Positions 10,476 through 20,626 of a DNA stretch of 64,000 nt are shown here, piece after piece. The translations under genes and the position numbers were made by a program. Source of the stretch: Candidatus Kaiserbacteria bacterium (GTDB taxonomy: Bacteria > Patescibacteriota > Minisyncoccia > Phycocordibacterales > UBA918). Below the pieces are notes generated by a model. It was given only the letters and a program-made list of their open reading frames with translations. It was not told the DNA's origin and ran no database searches. The stretch lies in contig JANPCG010000012.1 in the NCBI GenBank assembly GCA_031430855.1, forward strand, positions 496 to 64,495, read 5' to 3'. Each line of letters begins with the position of its first letter. The stretch's first letter is position 1.

Positions 10476-12221
10476 CTACACTATATGACTGGTGAAATCG
10501 TCCTCGCCATTCACGGCAGTTGGAGGGAGTGGGGTCATTTCACTGATGTTACCTTTAGTGTTTGAGAGATCAACCACTCGTTCCAATTCATCGAGTGAGG
10601 TCATGCCACTGAGTACTTTTGTGACACCGTCTTGAGCCATGGTGGGAATCCTTTGCCCTTTAGCAGCCTCTAGAATAAGATGTTCGCGCGGGTCACGAAT
10701 TACTACTTCTTCAACCGCGTTATCGATTATTACTGCTTCAAACACACTTGCGCGTCCCTTAAATCCGGTGTTTCCACACGCTGCGCAACCGACCGATTTA
10801 AATAATATCAAAGGTGAAGGAACTATTAACGGTTCAGGATAATCTTGGGCAATGCGGGTTACTAATTCCATCTCTCGCTGCCCGGCTTCATATGATTGTT
10901 TGCACTCAGTACAGAGAACTCGGACCAGTCGTTGCCCCAACATGATATTAACCGAACTACCGATAATTCGGGGATCAACCCCCAAGTCTATGAGTCGGGG
11001 GAAACCCCCAACAGCACTATTGGTGTGGAGAGTTGAAAATACCAAGTGCCCCGTTTGGGCGGCATGAATAGCCGTTTCTGCTACTTCATGGTCACGAATT
11101 TCCCCAATCATAATGATGTCGGGGTCTTGCCGAAGAATGGCGCGCAGGCCAGACGAGAACGAATAGTCAGGTCCAACTTGGGTTTGTACAATTCCCTCGA
11201 GTTTATATTCAACAGGGTTTTCAATGGTAATAATTTTCTTTTCACTGTCATGAACCGCCCGCAAAAAAGCATAGAGTGCGGTGGTCTTACCCGATCCGGT
11301 TGGACCAGTAGTAATAATCAAACCGTTTGGTCGTTTGAGTTGATCCTGCATTACCTTTAGTAAGAGAGGATTAAGATCTAATTTATCCATGCTAAAACTG
11401 GCAACGCCAGGATCAAGTAAACGCATTACCATTGATTCGCCAACCGCACCCGGAATAATCGAAGCCCGCACCTCAATCTCACGTTCGCCAAACACAAACT
11501 GAAAGCGCCCATCCTGCGCTTCTTTTCGCTGATTAAGCGTCATCCCAGAGAGTAGTTTTAAGCGAGAGATGATTCGTCCATATAACATCTGTTCCAAATT
11601 AAAGATATCGAGGAGCACTCCATCGAGACGATACCGTAAACGAATTGTTTGGTTTTCCGGTTCGATGTGAATGTCCGACGCCTTTAAAGCGAGTGCCCCA
11701 GCAAAAATAAGTTCTAGTGTTTCAGATATGCGCCGGGGACTATTAATGGTGCCAATGTGGTTAAAGGCAGCTGCAACATCAGAAATATTAGAAATTACCT
11801 TAGCAGACTTGAGGATGTCGTCGGGGTTTATGTCCAGCACACCGCGCTTGCTCGCGGTGGCGTTTTTGTGGTCAGCGTACCGAGCAATACCGTGATCAAA
11901 ACTACTTCCAGAAACTAAATAAATTTTTGGTTCCAAACCACGAGTGCGAATGAGTTCGAGTATGCGAATGGTGTCAGGACTATTAGGGCTCGTGGTTCCG
12001 ACCGAAATAATATTTCGGGCTAAATCAAATCCTACAATGCGCCCCAGTCGAGCCTCAGCTTCGGGAATCTTCATTAATGCTTCGGGGTTAATGGTGTAGC
12101 CGTGCAAATCGATATACTCGTATCCGTACTGAGGGGCCATGGCCTGGACCAATTTTTCCTCCCCGCGCTTACGGAGTTCTGCGATATGGGCATTTGAAAC
12201 AGCGTCGTTAAATTGAGGCAT
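10476..12221 (-). CDS. pilB: GspE/PulE (PilB-type) pilus assembly ATPase
   Basis: ASDIHIEP, GPTGSGKTT, LRQDPDIIMIGEIRD, TGHLVFSTLHTN, CxxC pairs; start set at MPQFND. Confidence 0.9.
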   Translation of the reverse strand: MPQFNDAVSNAHIAELRKRGEEKLVQAMAPQYGYEYIDLHGYTINPEALMKIPEAEARLGRIVGFDLARNIISVGTTSPNSPDTIRILELIRTRGLEPKIYLVSGSSFDHGIARYADHKNATASKRGVLDINPDDILKSAKVISNISDVAAAFNHIGTINSPRRISETLELIFAGALALKASDIHIEPENQTIRLRYRLDGVLLDIFNLEQMLYGRIISRLKLLSGMTLNQRKEAQDGRFQFVFGEREIEVRASIIPGAVGESMVMRLLDPGVASFSMDKLDLNPLLLKVMQDQLKRPNGLIITTGPTGSGKTTALYAFLRAVHDSEKKIITIENPVEYKLEGIVQTQVGPDYSFSSGLRAILRQDPDIIMIGEIRDHEVAETAIHAAQTGHLVFSTLHTNSAVGGFPRLIDLGVDPRIIGSSVNIMLGQRLVRVLCTECKQSYEAGQREMELVTRIAQDYPEPLIVPSPLILFKSVGCAACGNTGFKGRASVFEAVIIDNAVEEVVIRDPREHLILEAAKGQRIPTMAQDGVTKVLSGMTSLDELERVVDLSNTKGNISEMTPLPPTAVNGEDDFTSHIV

Positions 12222-12336
12222 AGGTGGCCTTATTGTAGCATTACGTCTCCACCGTCTGGAGGAAACTCTGTTACCAAAGTAACCGAAAAACTGCCACCTC
12301 GCCTTGCGTCTTCCTATCAGGTACAATGCCTTTACT

Positions 12337-12789
12337 ATGGAGACTCAAACAATTTCGACAGTTGACGAGCTCGGGGTGTTTTCAGAGGAACTCCTCACCC
12401 GGTGGCGCAAAGAAACTGCCGACACTGGCGCTTTGGTGGTTGCCTTACACGGAGATTTGGGTGCGGGTAAAACAACATTTGTACAAACTGTTGCAAAGGC
12501 GCTTGGTGTCATTGATACCGTGACGAGTCCAACGTTTGTGGTGATGAAATCATACGAAACAACAGACTCCATTTTCTCAACATTGGTGCATATCGATGCT
12601 TACCGGATTGAAGATAGTGATGAAATGCGCCCGTTGTATTTTGATCAGATAGTACTGACGCCGAACACACTCGTGTGTGTTGAATGGGCTGAAAAAATCG
12701 CTGCGAAGTTACCCGAGCAGGCGTACCACATTACGTTTATTCACCAGCATGAAGATGAACGAACACTTACCTATGGCTTCAAAAAATAA
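12337..12789 (+). CDS. tsaE: tRNA threonylcarbamoyladenosine ATPase TsaE
   Basis: GDLGAGKTT, VTSPTF, HIDAYR, VEW. Confidence 0.95.
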   Translation: METQTISTVDELGVFSEELLTRWRKETADTGALVVALHGDLGAGKTTFVQTVAKALGVIDTVTSPTFVVMKSYETTDSIFSTLVHIDAYRIEDSDEMRPLYFDQIVLTPNTLVCVEWAEKIAAKLPEQAYHITFIHQHEDERTLTYGFKK

Positions 12790-15169
12790 TTCAGATAAAA
12801 AAACGTTAGTCTTGCTTGATTCTCACGCAATTTTACATCGGGCGTATCATGCGCTACCCGATTTTGCGTCACCGTCAGGCGAGCCGACTGGGGCGCTCTA
12901 TGGTGTGGTCGCTATGCTCTTAAAAATTATTGAAGATTTTAAACCTGACTATATCGCGGCCTGTTTTGATCTTCCTGAACCAACCTATAGGCATGAGGCC
13001 TACGCCTTATATAAAGGAACACGGAGTAAAACTGATGACTCCCTGGTCGCACAAATTAATCGCTCCCGAGATATATTTGCCGCGTTTGGGATTCCCATCT
13101 ATGAACATCCGGGTTTTGAAGCTGACGATATGTTGGGTACGATTGCGTATCAAACGAGAGATGATAAAGATCTACGGGTAATCATTGCCTCAGGTGATAT
13201 GGATACTATGCAGTGTGTTGATAAAAAACGGGTACAGGTATATACCTTAAAGAAGGGTATCAAAGACACCGTGTTGTATGACGAAGAGGCAGTTAAAGAT
13301 CGGTTTGGCTTCCTTCCTAAACTCGTTCCTGACTACAAAGGACTACGCGGTGATACGTCAGATAATATTCCAGGGATAGTTGGAATTGGAGAAAAAACCG
13401 CTACTGATTTAATTACCCAGTTTGGTTCAATTGATGATATTTATAAAAAATTAAAAAAAGATGAAACGCAGTTTCTCGCAGCAGGCATTAAACCTCGGAT
13501 TGTAGGGCTATTAAAAGCCGGTGAAGAAGAGGCTCAATTTTCAAAAATGTTGGCTACTATCCGGACGGACGCCCCGGTTACCTTTGTGCCGCATACCACG
13601 CATTGGCAGGAGCGAGCAGACACAGAGGCGATTCTAAATTTATTTAGTGAGTTAGGGTTCCGCACCTTAGGGGCTAAAATTAAAACCCTCTTTGCGCTCG
13701 CGGCTGATGTTCCGGATGATCCAGCGGAACGAGGAGTCTCTCCGGAGTCGGTACACAAGGCAGCTGTTTTGCTCTGGCTTTTGGAATCAGAACGTACTAA
13801 CGCCAGCTATACCGATATTATTGATTATGGTCGATCGTATTTTGAAACGGCTGATTTTATTCAGATTTTAGAAAAATTAGAAACGGCGGTAATGGGTGAC
13901 CCTGGCCTGGCTTCAGTCTATGTCACGATTGAAGCGCCTCTCATGCATGTTCTCTCTCATATAAATGCCACCGGCATCACACTCGACGTTTCGTATTTAG
14001 CGGGACTCTCTAAAACGATGCACACAGAGTTAACAACACTCGAGGTAAAAATCTACAAACACGCCGGTCGAGAATTTAATATCAACTCCCCTAAACAAAT
14101 GGGAGATGTCCTCTTTGATGATTTAAGACTAAAACCAAAAAACCAAAAGAAAACCGCCGGAGGGCAACGTTCGACCAAAGAATCAGAATTAGATAAGATG
14201 CGAGAGGACCATCCAATTATTACTGATATTTTACGTTATCGAGAATTACAAAAATTAGTTTCAACCTACATAGATAACCTGCCACCACTTGTTAGTTCTG
14301 ATGGTCGTTTACGGACAACCTTTGTACAAACGGGGGCAGCAACTGGGCGAATGGCTTCGCAGAACCCAAATTTACAAAATATTCCAATTCGTACCGAAGA
14401 GAGCAAGGCAATCCGCCAGGCATTTATTGCATCTCCGGGATATACGATTGTTTCCATCGATTATTCTCAGATTGAATTACGGATTGCTGCTATCCTTTCT
14501 CAAGATGAAAAGATGATTGAAATTTTCACTCGGGGAGAAGATGTGCATACGGGTGTTGCGGTTCGTGTGTTTGGTGTGAAGCCTGAGGAAGTGACTCGCG
14601 AGATGCGCCGCAAAGCCAAAGTCATTAACTTCGGTATTCTGTATGGAATGGGAGTAAACGCGTTGCGGGGAAATTTAGGTGAAGGGACGACAAGAGAAGA
14701 GGCTCAGGAATTTTTTAATGCGTACTTCAACACTTTCACCCGACTGGCTGAATATCTAGAAGAAACCAAAGCCTATGCCCGCACCAATGGTTTTACTGAA
14801 ACCTTATTTGGACGTCGTCGTCATTTTCCTGGTATGCAATCGACCGCTCCTTTTATTCGGGCCCAGGCAGAGCGCATGGCAATTAATGCGCCCGTGCAAG
14901 GTACGGCTGCGGATGCGATGCGGGTAGCAATGAATCGAGTATATACATACCTTGGAAACGAACAGAAGTTAGACGACGTACGGATTCTTCTTCAGGTTCA
15001 CGATGAATTGTTATTTGAAATTAAAGATGATGTCCTCAAGGAAGAGATTCCAAAACTAGTTACCCTGATGGAGGGTGTTCTTGATCAGTATGAAACGTAC
15101 GGTATACCACTTCAGGCAGATGTCGCTGTCGGTCCAAATTGGGGAATGATGAATGATTGGGAGGGGTAG
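12773..15169 (+). CDS. polA: DNA polymerase I
   Basis: 5'-3' exonuclease (HRAYHA, EADD, GDTSDNIPG); polymerase DYSQIELR, KVINFG..YG, QVHDE. Confidence 0.96.
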   Translation: MASKNNSDKKTLVLLDSHAILHRAYHALPDFASPSGEPTGALYGVVAMLLKIIEDFKPDYIAACFDLPEPTYRHEAYALYKGTRSKTDDSLVAQINRSRDIFAAFGIPIYEHPGFEADDMLGTIAYQTRDDKDLRVIIASGDMDTMQCVDKKRVQVYTLKKGIKDTVLYDEEAVKDRFGFLPKLVPDYKGLRGDTSDNIPGIVGIGEKTATDLITQFGSIDDIYKKLKKDETQFLAAGIKPRIVGLLKAGEEEAQFSKMLATIRTDAPVTFVPHTTHWQERADTEAILNLFSELGFRTLGAKIKTLFALAADVPDDPAERGVSPESVHKAAVLLWLLESERTNASYTDIIDYGRSYFETADFIQILEKLETAVMGDPGLASVYVTIEAPLMHVLSHINATGITLDVSYLAGLSKTMHTELTTLEVKIYKHAGREFNINSPKQMGDVLFDDLRLKPKNQKKTAGGQRSTKESELDKMREDHPIITDILRYRELQKLVSTYIDNLPPLVSSDGRLRTTFVQTGAATGRMASQNPNLQNIPIRTEESKAIRQAFIASPGYTIVSIDYSQIELRIAAILSQDEKMIEIFTRGEDVHTGVAVRVFGVKPEEVTREMRRKAKVINFGILYGMGVNALRGNLGEGTTREEAQEFFNAYFNTFTRLAEYLEETKAYARTNGFTETLFGRRRHFPGMQSTAPFIRAQAERMAINAPVQGTAADAMRVAMNRVYTYLGNEQKLDDVRILLQVHDELLFEIKDDVLKEEIPKLVTLMEGVLDQYETYGIPLQADVAVGPNWGMMNDWEG

Positions 15170-15219
15170 TGAATGCCACTCATCTATTGAATTAAATTCT
15201 TTGTTACAATACCCGCACT

Positions 15220-15921
15220 ATGATTCATCTCTATTTTGGTAATGATACAGTCGCTGTAAGGCAGCAGGCTCTTCGGGCAGTCGAGTCTCTTGCGTTAGAT
15301 GACGTGCGGGTCACGCGAATTGAAAGTGCGCAATTTGAGCCGGGAATGATTACTAATTTATTAGGGGCAACGTCATTATTTGGCGGTACCGAACTCTATG
15401 TTTTGGATACTCCTTCGGATGATGGGGAATTCTATCGTGAAATTATTGCACAGGTTCCCGCCATGGGGGAGTCCCATAATACCTTTGTAATTATCGAAGG
15501 AGCACTCCTCGCTCCAGAACGGAAGAAATTTGAAAAATACGCATCAGTTGTTGTGGAGTCTAAACGTGAAGCAGGGGAACGATTTGATGTGTTTAAAATG
15601 GCTGAGGCCCTCAGTAAGCGAGATAAAAAGACGCTGTGGGTATTGCTCCAAGAGGCAAAACGAGCAGGACTTTCGGCCGAAGAAATCATTGGTACCTTGT
15701 GGTGGCAACTCAAGACATTGCGGATAGCTGCCCAAACTGCAAGCGCAGAAGCAGCGGGGATGAAGTCGTATCCGTATGACAAAGCGAAGCGTGCGCTTGG
15801 TGGTTTTAAAGTTGGAGAGATCGAGAAATTATCAATTGATTTGTTGCTGGTCTATCACGAAGGTCACGGGGGAGTACGGGATACCGATGAGGGTTTGGAG
15901 GAGTGGGTGTTGCGGGGGTAA
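15220..15921 (+). CDS. holA: DNA polymerase III delta subunit (short HolA-like)
   Basis: MIHLYFGND, SLFG, FDVFKMAEAL and C-terminal LEEWVL fit HolA. Confidence 0.75.
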   Translation: MIHLYFGNDTVAVRQQALRAVESLALDDVRVTRIESAQFEPGMITNLLGATSLFGGTELYVLDTPSDDGEFYREIIAQVPAMGESHNTFVIIEGALLAPERKKFEKYASVVVESKREAGERFDVFKMAEALSKRDKKTLWVLLQEAKRAGLSAEEIIGTLWWQLKTLRIAAQTASAEAAGMKSYPYDKAKRALGGFKVGEIEKLSIDLLLVYHEGHGGVRDTDEGLEEWVLRG

Positions 15922-15925
15922 TATA

Positions 15926-15960
15926 AAAATGGAGTCGCCTCAGTGAGGCGACTCCATTTT
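15926..15960. terminator. Bidirectional terminator
   Basis: AAAATGGAGTCGCCTCA-G-TGAGGCGACTCCATTTT. Confidence 0.8.
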
Positions 15961-16157
15961 CAGTCTTTGTTGTTGCTTGGTCCAAGTACGCAAGCAGTGA
16001 TTGCGGCTTGGGCTTCCGGACTGATATTGCGAGCAGTAGGTAGACCAACATCAGAGGCAGGATCAAAGGCGGGGAGACGTGTTTCGGCGGCATGTCTCAG
16101 AAAAGCAGCTACCTCCGGATCGGATGCAGCAACTTCTGCGAGGGTTTGTCTTGGCAT
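15960..16157 (-). CDS. Small hypothetical protein
   Basis: 65 aa; AAGGA upstream of ATG; ends at a terminator. Confidence 0.45.
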   Translation of the reverse strand: MPRQTLAEVAASDPEVAAFLRHAAETRLPAFDPASDVGLPTARNISPEAQAAITACVLGPSNNKD

Positions 16158-16209
16158 GACACATTCCTTTCAGGGTTTCTGTAGAAAGTATACTATAGGA
16201 TTAGAAAGT

Positions 16210-16647
16210 GGACACGGGTTGCTAAGCATATTCGTTCGTTCTTTATTTGCATCAGGGGGTATCGGTCCCTACGAGACCAGTATAAGTAGGTTTTTTGTGG
16301 TCACGGTAAAACATAATCCCATTATGTTTTACCTAACTATAATCATTTGCTACACTCTAATTCTAGTAAGTACTCGCGACATTACCTCGCGGTTTCTGGC
16401 CCTAGGAAGGGTCCAGAAACATCGCTGTGTTTAGCACTAGAACACGTATCTGCCGCAGGGCAGGTGGTCACGGGTTACTAAGTAAAATATTTCACTCCGT
16501 TCATATTTATACTAAGTACCCTCGACCCCGCCTCGACTGTCGCAAGGCGACATGTCTCCGTCTCGCACAGACGCCACACCTGCCGCAGGGCAGGTGCTAA
16601 AACAAAACCACGGCTACATTCGTAGCTGTGGTTTTGTTTTGCGTCTG
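16210..16647 (-). repeat. tRNA-trailer structured element, 2-3 tandem units (after tRNA-Lys)
   Basis: ACCTGCCCTGCGGCAG(G/A)T twice; GGGGTCGAG...GTAACCCGTGACC and CAGCGATGTTTC...GAAACCGCGAGG, shared with the tRNA-Leu trailer. Confidence 0.8.
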
Positions 16648-16720
16648 TGCGCCCACCAGGGATCGAACCTGGGACCTTCTCCTTAAAAGGGAGCTGCTCT
16701 ACCGGCTGAGCTATAGGCGC
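16648..16720 (-). tRNA. tRNA-Lys(UUU)
   Basis: GCGCCTA...GGTTCGATCCC...TGGGCGCA cloverleaf; anticodon loop CTTTTAA; no encoded CCA. Confidence 0.95.
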
Positions 16721-16873
16721 ATGTGTATTCAGTTGTATGCGGAGCTTTTCCTTAATAAGGGCAAAGTGCATGGGATGCAGTTTGCGCGGACCGAGGTGAG
16801 CTAAAAGCGCATGTGTATTTCCTCATTCTTACTTTTTGCTTGTATGCTCAAAAAGTTGCTGCACTATACCATA

Positions 16874-17272
16874 TTAAATCGGTAAATCAAACGCAAGAAT
16901 GCCAGCTCCCGTAATAAACAGGCTCGCAGAAATTGCTAATAATAGGATGAGTGAGAGAGGAGATGGAATGCTCCCGTTAGGAAATCGTTTATGCCAAATG
17001 AGCAGCTTCATACCCAAACCAATACTCATAATAGCTGCGACTTGTGTGAAGAGACCAAGGATAAATAATCCCCCAATGATACATTCACAAATGATTATCA
17101 GGGTGAGAATTATTTTGCCATTTTTTATAATTGGCCAGTGAATCTGGGGAGCTATAGTATTAAAAGTAATACCCTGTTTACGGGCCTGGTGTAAAAACAC
17201 GATACCAATAACAATGCGTAAGAGAGTATAGGCAATTAATGAGAGGAATTGGAGTGGGAAGAGGTTTAGCAT
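16874..17272 (-). CDS. DoxX family membrane protein
   Basis: LLRIVIG, E..GG..ILGLFTQVAA, GAGILAFD. Confidence 0.8.
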   Translation of the reverse strand: MLNLFPLQFLSLIAYTLLRIVIGIVFLHQARKQGITFNTIAPQIHWPIIKNGKIILTLIIICECIIGGLFILGLFTQVAAIMSIGLGMKLLIWHKRFPNGSIPSPLSLILLLAISASLFITGAGILAFDLPI

Positions 17273-17297
17273 AGCAGTTTGTGGTAGTCTACCATGA

Positions 17298-17759
17298 ATG
17301 AAATACGTCATTTTGCATGATATTCGCAGTCACTATAACGTCGGAGCGATTTTTCGTACTTGTGATGGAGCCGGAGTAGATAAAGTATTTATAACAGGCT
17401 ATACTCCCGCTCCGCTCGATCGGTTTGGTCGAGTGGTACCTGAAATCCATAAAACATCTCTTGGTGCGAGTAGTATGGTTCCGTGGGAAAGGTTCGAAAC
17501 TACCGAAGCGGTGGTGTCTGATTTTAAAAATAAAGGAGTGGCAGTAATTGCGGTTGAGCAGAGTCCGAAGTCTATATCTTTGTATGATTTTACTCCGAAG
17601 GGTGATGTGGCGTACATATTTGGAAATGAAATTGAGGGAGTGCCACAATCTATTTGTGCGGTGGCTGATGCGGTGCTCGAGATTCCGATGAGAGGTCAAA
17701 AGGAGTCACTCAATGTATCAGTTACGGCTGGTATTGTATTATTTCATAGTCCGGTATGA
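17298..17759 (+). CDS. TrmH/SpoU family RNA methyltransferase
   Basis: NVGAIFRT, FGNEIEG, IPMRG..ESLNVSV. Confidence 0.92.
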   Translation: MKYVILHDIRSHYNVGAIFRTCDGAGVDKVFITGYTPAPLDRFGRVVPEIHKTSLGASSMVPWERFETTEAVVSDFKNKGVAVIAVEQSPKSISLYDFTPKGDVAYIFGNEIEGVPQSICAVADAVLEIPMRGQKESLNVSVTAGIVLFHSPV

Positions 17760-19267
17760 ACAACGTGTATAAAATATCAAAAAAATACCTAACCTCCGCA
17801 TTATTTGTGGCAATTATAACGGGAATTGCCTTGGGAATTGGTTTTATTGTGCCACCACTTGCGGGTCTCGCAGTAGTAGGGGTTGTGGGTTGTATCTATC
17901 TCATTGAGGGGGCAAAAAATCCCTGGTGGGCAGGAGTTTATATTGGTATCGCTTGGACGATAAAGTCTCTCTGTTCTATTTTATGGTTCTGGGCAGCGTA
18001 CCCAATTTCCTGGATAACGCTCACTTCACCGGTTACAGAAATTTTTATTATTTTTCTTCATTGGATGACCGGGGCTCTCTGGCTAGGGGCTGGTGGCGTT
18101 TTTTTTGGCATCGGATTAAAATATATAGAAGGGGTAAAAATCCTTCCCCGCCCCCTTTGGTATATTTTAGTTCCCGTATGGTGTGTGGTCGGTGAACTTG
18201 CTGGTGCCCTGACTTTTTCCTTTATTGGTTTAGGGCCAGGCTCTTACCTGCAAACCTATTTTAGTTTTGGTTTTATTGGCTACCTGCTTGGGTATTCGCC
18301 ATTTGGCATTGCAATAGCCCCGTATGGAGGGGTATATACCCTTACCGCCATAATGGCTTCGCTCGGGGTTTTCTTTTTTGTGGTACTTAAGAATCGTTCG
18401 TATCAGATTGGTTTGGCAGGCCTTGTCGGCGTAATCATTTGTGCGGTTGTGCCATTTTCCCTTCCTCCCACCCCCAGTAGTAATATGAGTGTCATTAGTA
18501 TCAATACTCGTTTTGACGCCTATTATCTAAGTAATCAAGCCGGGCAGCAGGGGAGAGCACAAACTCTCGAGACTGCGGTTACCGAAGCTCTCGTCTATAA
18601 TCCTCAATTTATTATCTTGCCCGAAGATTCTCGGTACCTGATGAGTCAGTTTGGGTCAGTACAAGAGAATAGTATTGTTAATAAATTTCTATTTACGCAC
18701 CCGGACGGTCGTTCAATTATTATTGATAGTGGACGAGAGGATTTATTAGATGGCACAAGTGTATTGCGAGCCCATCTTTTAGATGCTACCAATAACCAGT
18801 TTTTACAATTTGATAAACAGTATCTTGTTCCGCAAGGAGAGTATGTCCCGGCCCTTTACGGTGCAGCCATGCATTTGTTTGGGTATGGTCCCTTTGTTGA
18901 AAAGATTGAACAAAATAATTCCTATCGGCCAGGGCCATTCCTGCAAAGTGAAACTGTCCCGGCACATTTACCGGCAATACTTTTTTGTTTTGAAAGTGTC
19001 CGTCCAGATGGAGTTCAGTCGATTACTCATAATCGGCAGGTGCCATTCGTCGCTCATCCCATTTCTCATGCCTGGTTTCATTCATCGAAGGTGTTATGGC
19101 AACAACTTGATGTGATGCTTCAAATTCAGGCTCGCCAGTCTGGTGTACCGATAGTGAGTGCGGGAAATATGGTACCGGGCAAACTGTACTTACCTGACGG
19201 CACTATAGAGACCGGAGAATTACTAGTGGAGGGAGAGCGGTACGAACTCCGTTTATTTTCTTTTTAA
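17756..19267 (+). CDS. lnt: Apolipoprotein N-acyltransferase-like (TM + nitrilase domain)
   Basis: Multi-TM N-terminus; E-K-C triad in LPED, DKQYLVPQGEY, LFCFES. Confidence 0.8.
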   Translation: MNNVYKISKKYLTSALFVAIITGIALGIGFIVPPLAGLAVVGVVGCIYLIEGAKNPWWAGVYIGIAWTIKSLCSILWFWAAYPISWITLTSPVTEIFIIFLHWMTGALWLGAGGVFFGIGLKYIEGVKILPRPLWYILVPVWCVVGELAGALTFSFIGLGPGSYLQTYFSFGFIGYLLGYSPFGIAIAPYGGVYTLTAIMASLGVFFFVVLKNRSYQIGLAGLVGVIICAVVPFSLPPTPSSNMSVISINTRFDAYYLSNQAGQQGRAQTLETAVTEALVYNPQFIILPEDSRYLMSQFGSVQENSIVNKFLFTHPDGRSIIIDSGREDLLDGTSVLRAHLLDATNNQFLQFDKQYLVPQGEYVPALYGAAMHLFGYGPFVEKIEQNNSYRPGPFLQSETVPAHLPAILFCFESVRPDGVQSITHNRQVPFVAHPISHAWFHSSKVLWQQLDVMLQIQARQSGVPIVSAGNMVPGKLYLPDGTIETGELLVEGERYELRLFSF

Positions 19268-19279
19268 GAGGCACTACTT

Positions 19280-20557
19280 TTAACTCTCTCGTTTTGCAAG
19301 TTCTTCTTGAACCACCTGGGCATCGCTCCAGGGAATACGTGTGTTGTTTGGCCCCATAATATAAGGATCAGTTCCTTTACCTGATATGAGAACGTACCCG
19401 CCGTCAGGTACTTTTTGTAAAGCGGTAGCAATGGCAGTTCTACGGTCCATAATAATCTCAAGCTTACTCTGGTCTTCAATACCCTTTTTCATAGCTTCTA
19501 CAATTGCTCGAGGATTCTCATCGTACGGATCTTCATTGGTGAGAATGATATGATCACAATATCGTTCAGCGATGGCTCCCATTTCTGGCCGCTTCCAAGT
19601 ATCTCGTCCACCACCCGTATTGCCTAAGATACAAATCTTTGGTACTTCTGGAAAGGCTTTATAAAATTGCTCTAATGAGTCTGGTGTGTGGGCGTAGTCC
19701 ACTACGGCGGTAATCTGTTTTGCTGCAGTTTTGCTTGAATAAAAGTGCTCCACGCGACCCTTGAGTGGGGGAAGAGCACGAAGGGCTCCCTCAATTGTTT
19801 TCATAGAGACACCTAAGGCTCGGGTCAAGGTAATAGCGGCCAGCGCATTGTAGACATTAAAGAGTCCAACCAGAGGAACCCGGACGGTAGTATCCTCAAC
19901 TACTAAGGTCACGCTATCCTTATGTAGGGAATAGAGGGATACATCATGCAGACTATACGGAAGGGCATGTTCAACGGGAAAGTTAAGGAAGTCAGCCCCG
20001 TGCTCATTGTCTATGTTAGCGATGAGATAACGAGGACGTTTTTTGGATTGTGCTACCGCAGCCGCAATTTTTAATTTTGCATTTTTGTAATTCTCAAACG
20101 AACCATGTGACTCGATATGTTCTGGCGTGAGATTGGTAAATACCAGGGCATCAAACTCAATAAAACAATGTCGGAATTGTTTTGCCCCCTCGGATGTCAT
20201 TTCTAGAACGGCATACGTACACCCTGCGTCAACTGCCTGGCGGAGAAATCTTTGGACAAAGAACCTCCCCGGGGTAGTCATTTTAAATAAATTGGGCTTT
20301 GTCTTGTCACCAATAACAAACTGAATGGTAGAAAGGGAGGCAACTGAATTACCGTTCGCTCGTAGAATGGTAGCGATAATTTCAGTTACTGATGATTTCC
20401 CTTTTGTTCCAGTAACTGCCAAAACGGTGATATGTCGACTGGGATGCCGATAAATAACACTTCCGATAAACGCCAGTAAGTAATGGTATGCCGGACGAAT
20501 AACTGAGATGATTTGTCGTGGTAGTATTTTCTTTAGTGTATATAATAAGGTGTCCAT
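19280..20557 (-). CDS. murE: MurE-like Mur ligase
   Basis: VTGTKGKSS, FTNLTPEHIESH, DYAHTPDS, EDPYDE, ISGKG. Confidence 0.85.
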   Translation of the reverse strand: MDTLLYTLKKILPRQIISVIRPAYHYLLAFIGSVIYRHPSRHITVLAVTGTKGKSSVTEIIATILRANGNSVASLSTIQFVIGDKTKPNLFKMTTPGRFFVQRFLRQAVDAGCTYAVLEMTSEGAKQFRHCFIEFDALVFTNLTPEHIESHGSFENYKNAKLKIAAAVAQSKKRPRYLIANIDNEHGADFLNFPVEHALPYSLHDVSLYSLHKDSVTLVVEDTTVRVPLVGLFNVYNALAAITLTRALGVSMKTIEGALRALPPLKGRVEHFYSSKTAAKQITAVVDYAHTPDSLEQFYKAFPEVPKICILGNTGGGRDTWKRPEMGAIAERYCDHIILTNEDPYDENPRAIVEAMKKGIEDQSKLEIIMDRRTAIATALQKVPDGGYVLISGKGTDPYIMGPNNTRIPWSDAQVVQEELAKRES

Positions 20558-20626
20558 TCATTTAGTATACGGACGAATTATGTTTTTGCCAAAGCATCAA
20601 ACCACCGGTTTTAAACGGTACTAGAT

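Noticed and set aside
16210-16647. Tandem trailer units as a CRISPR array
   Set aside because: Units are long and degenerate, without constant repeat/spacer lengths, and no cas genes are present
15943-16771. ORFs 15943-16434 and 16478-16771
   Set aside because: They overlap a terminator, the trailer repeats and tRNA-Lys, with no protein motifs
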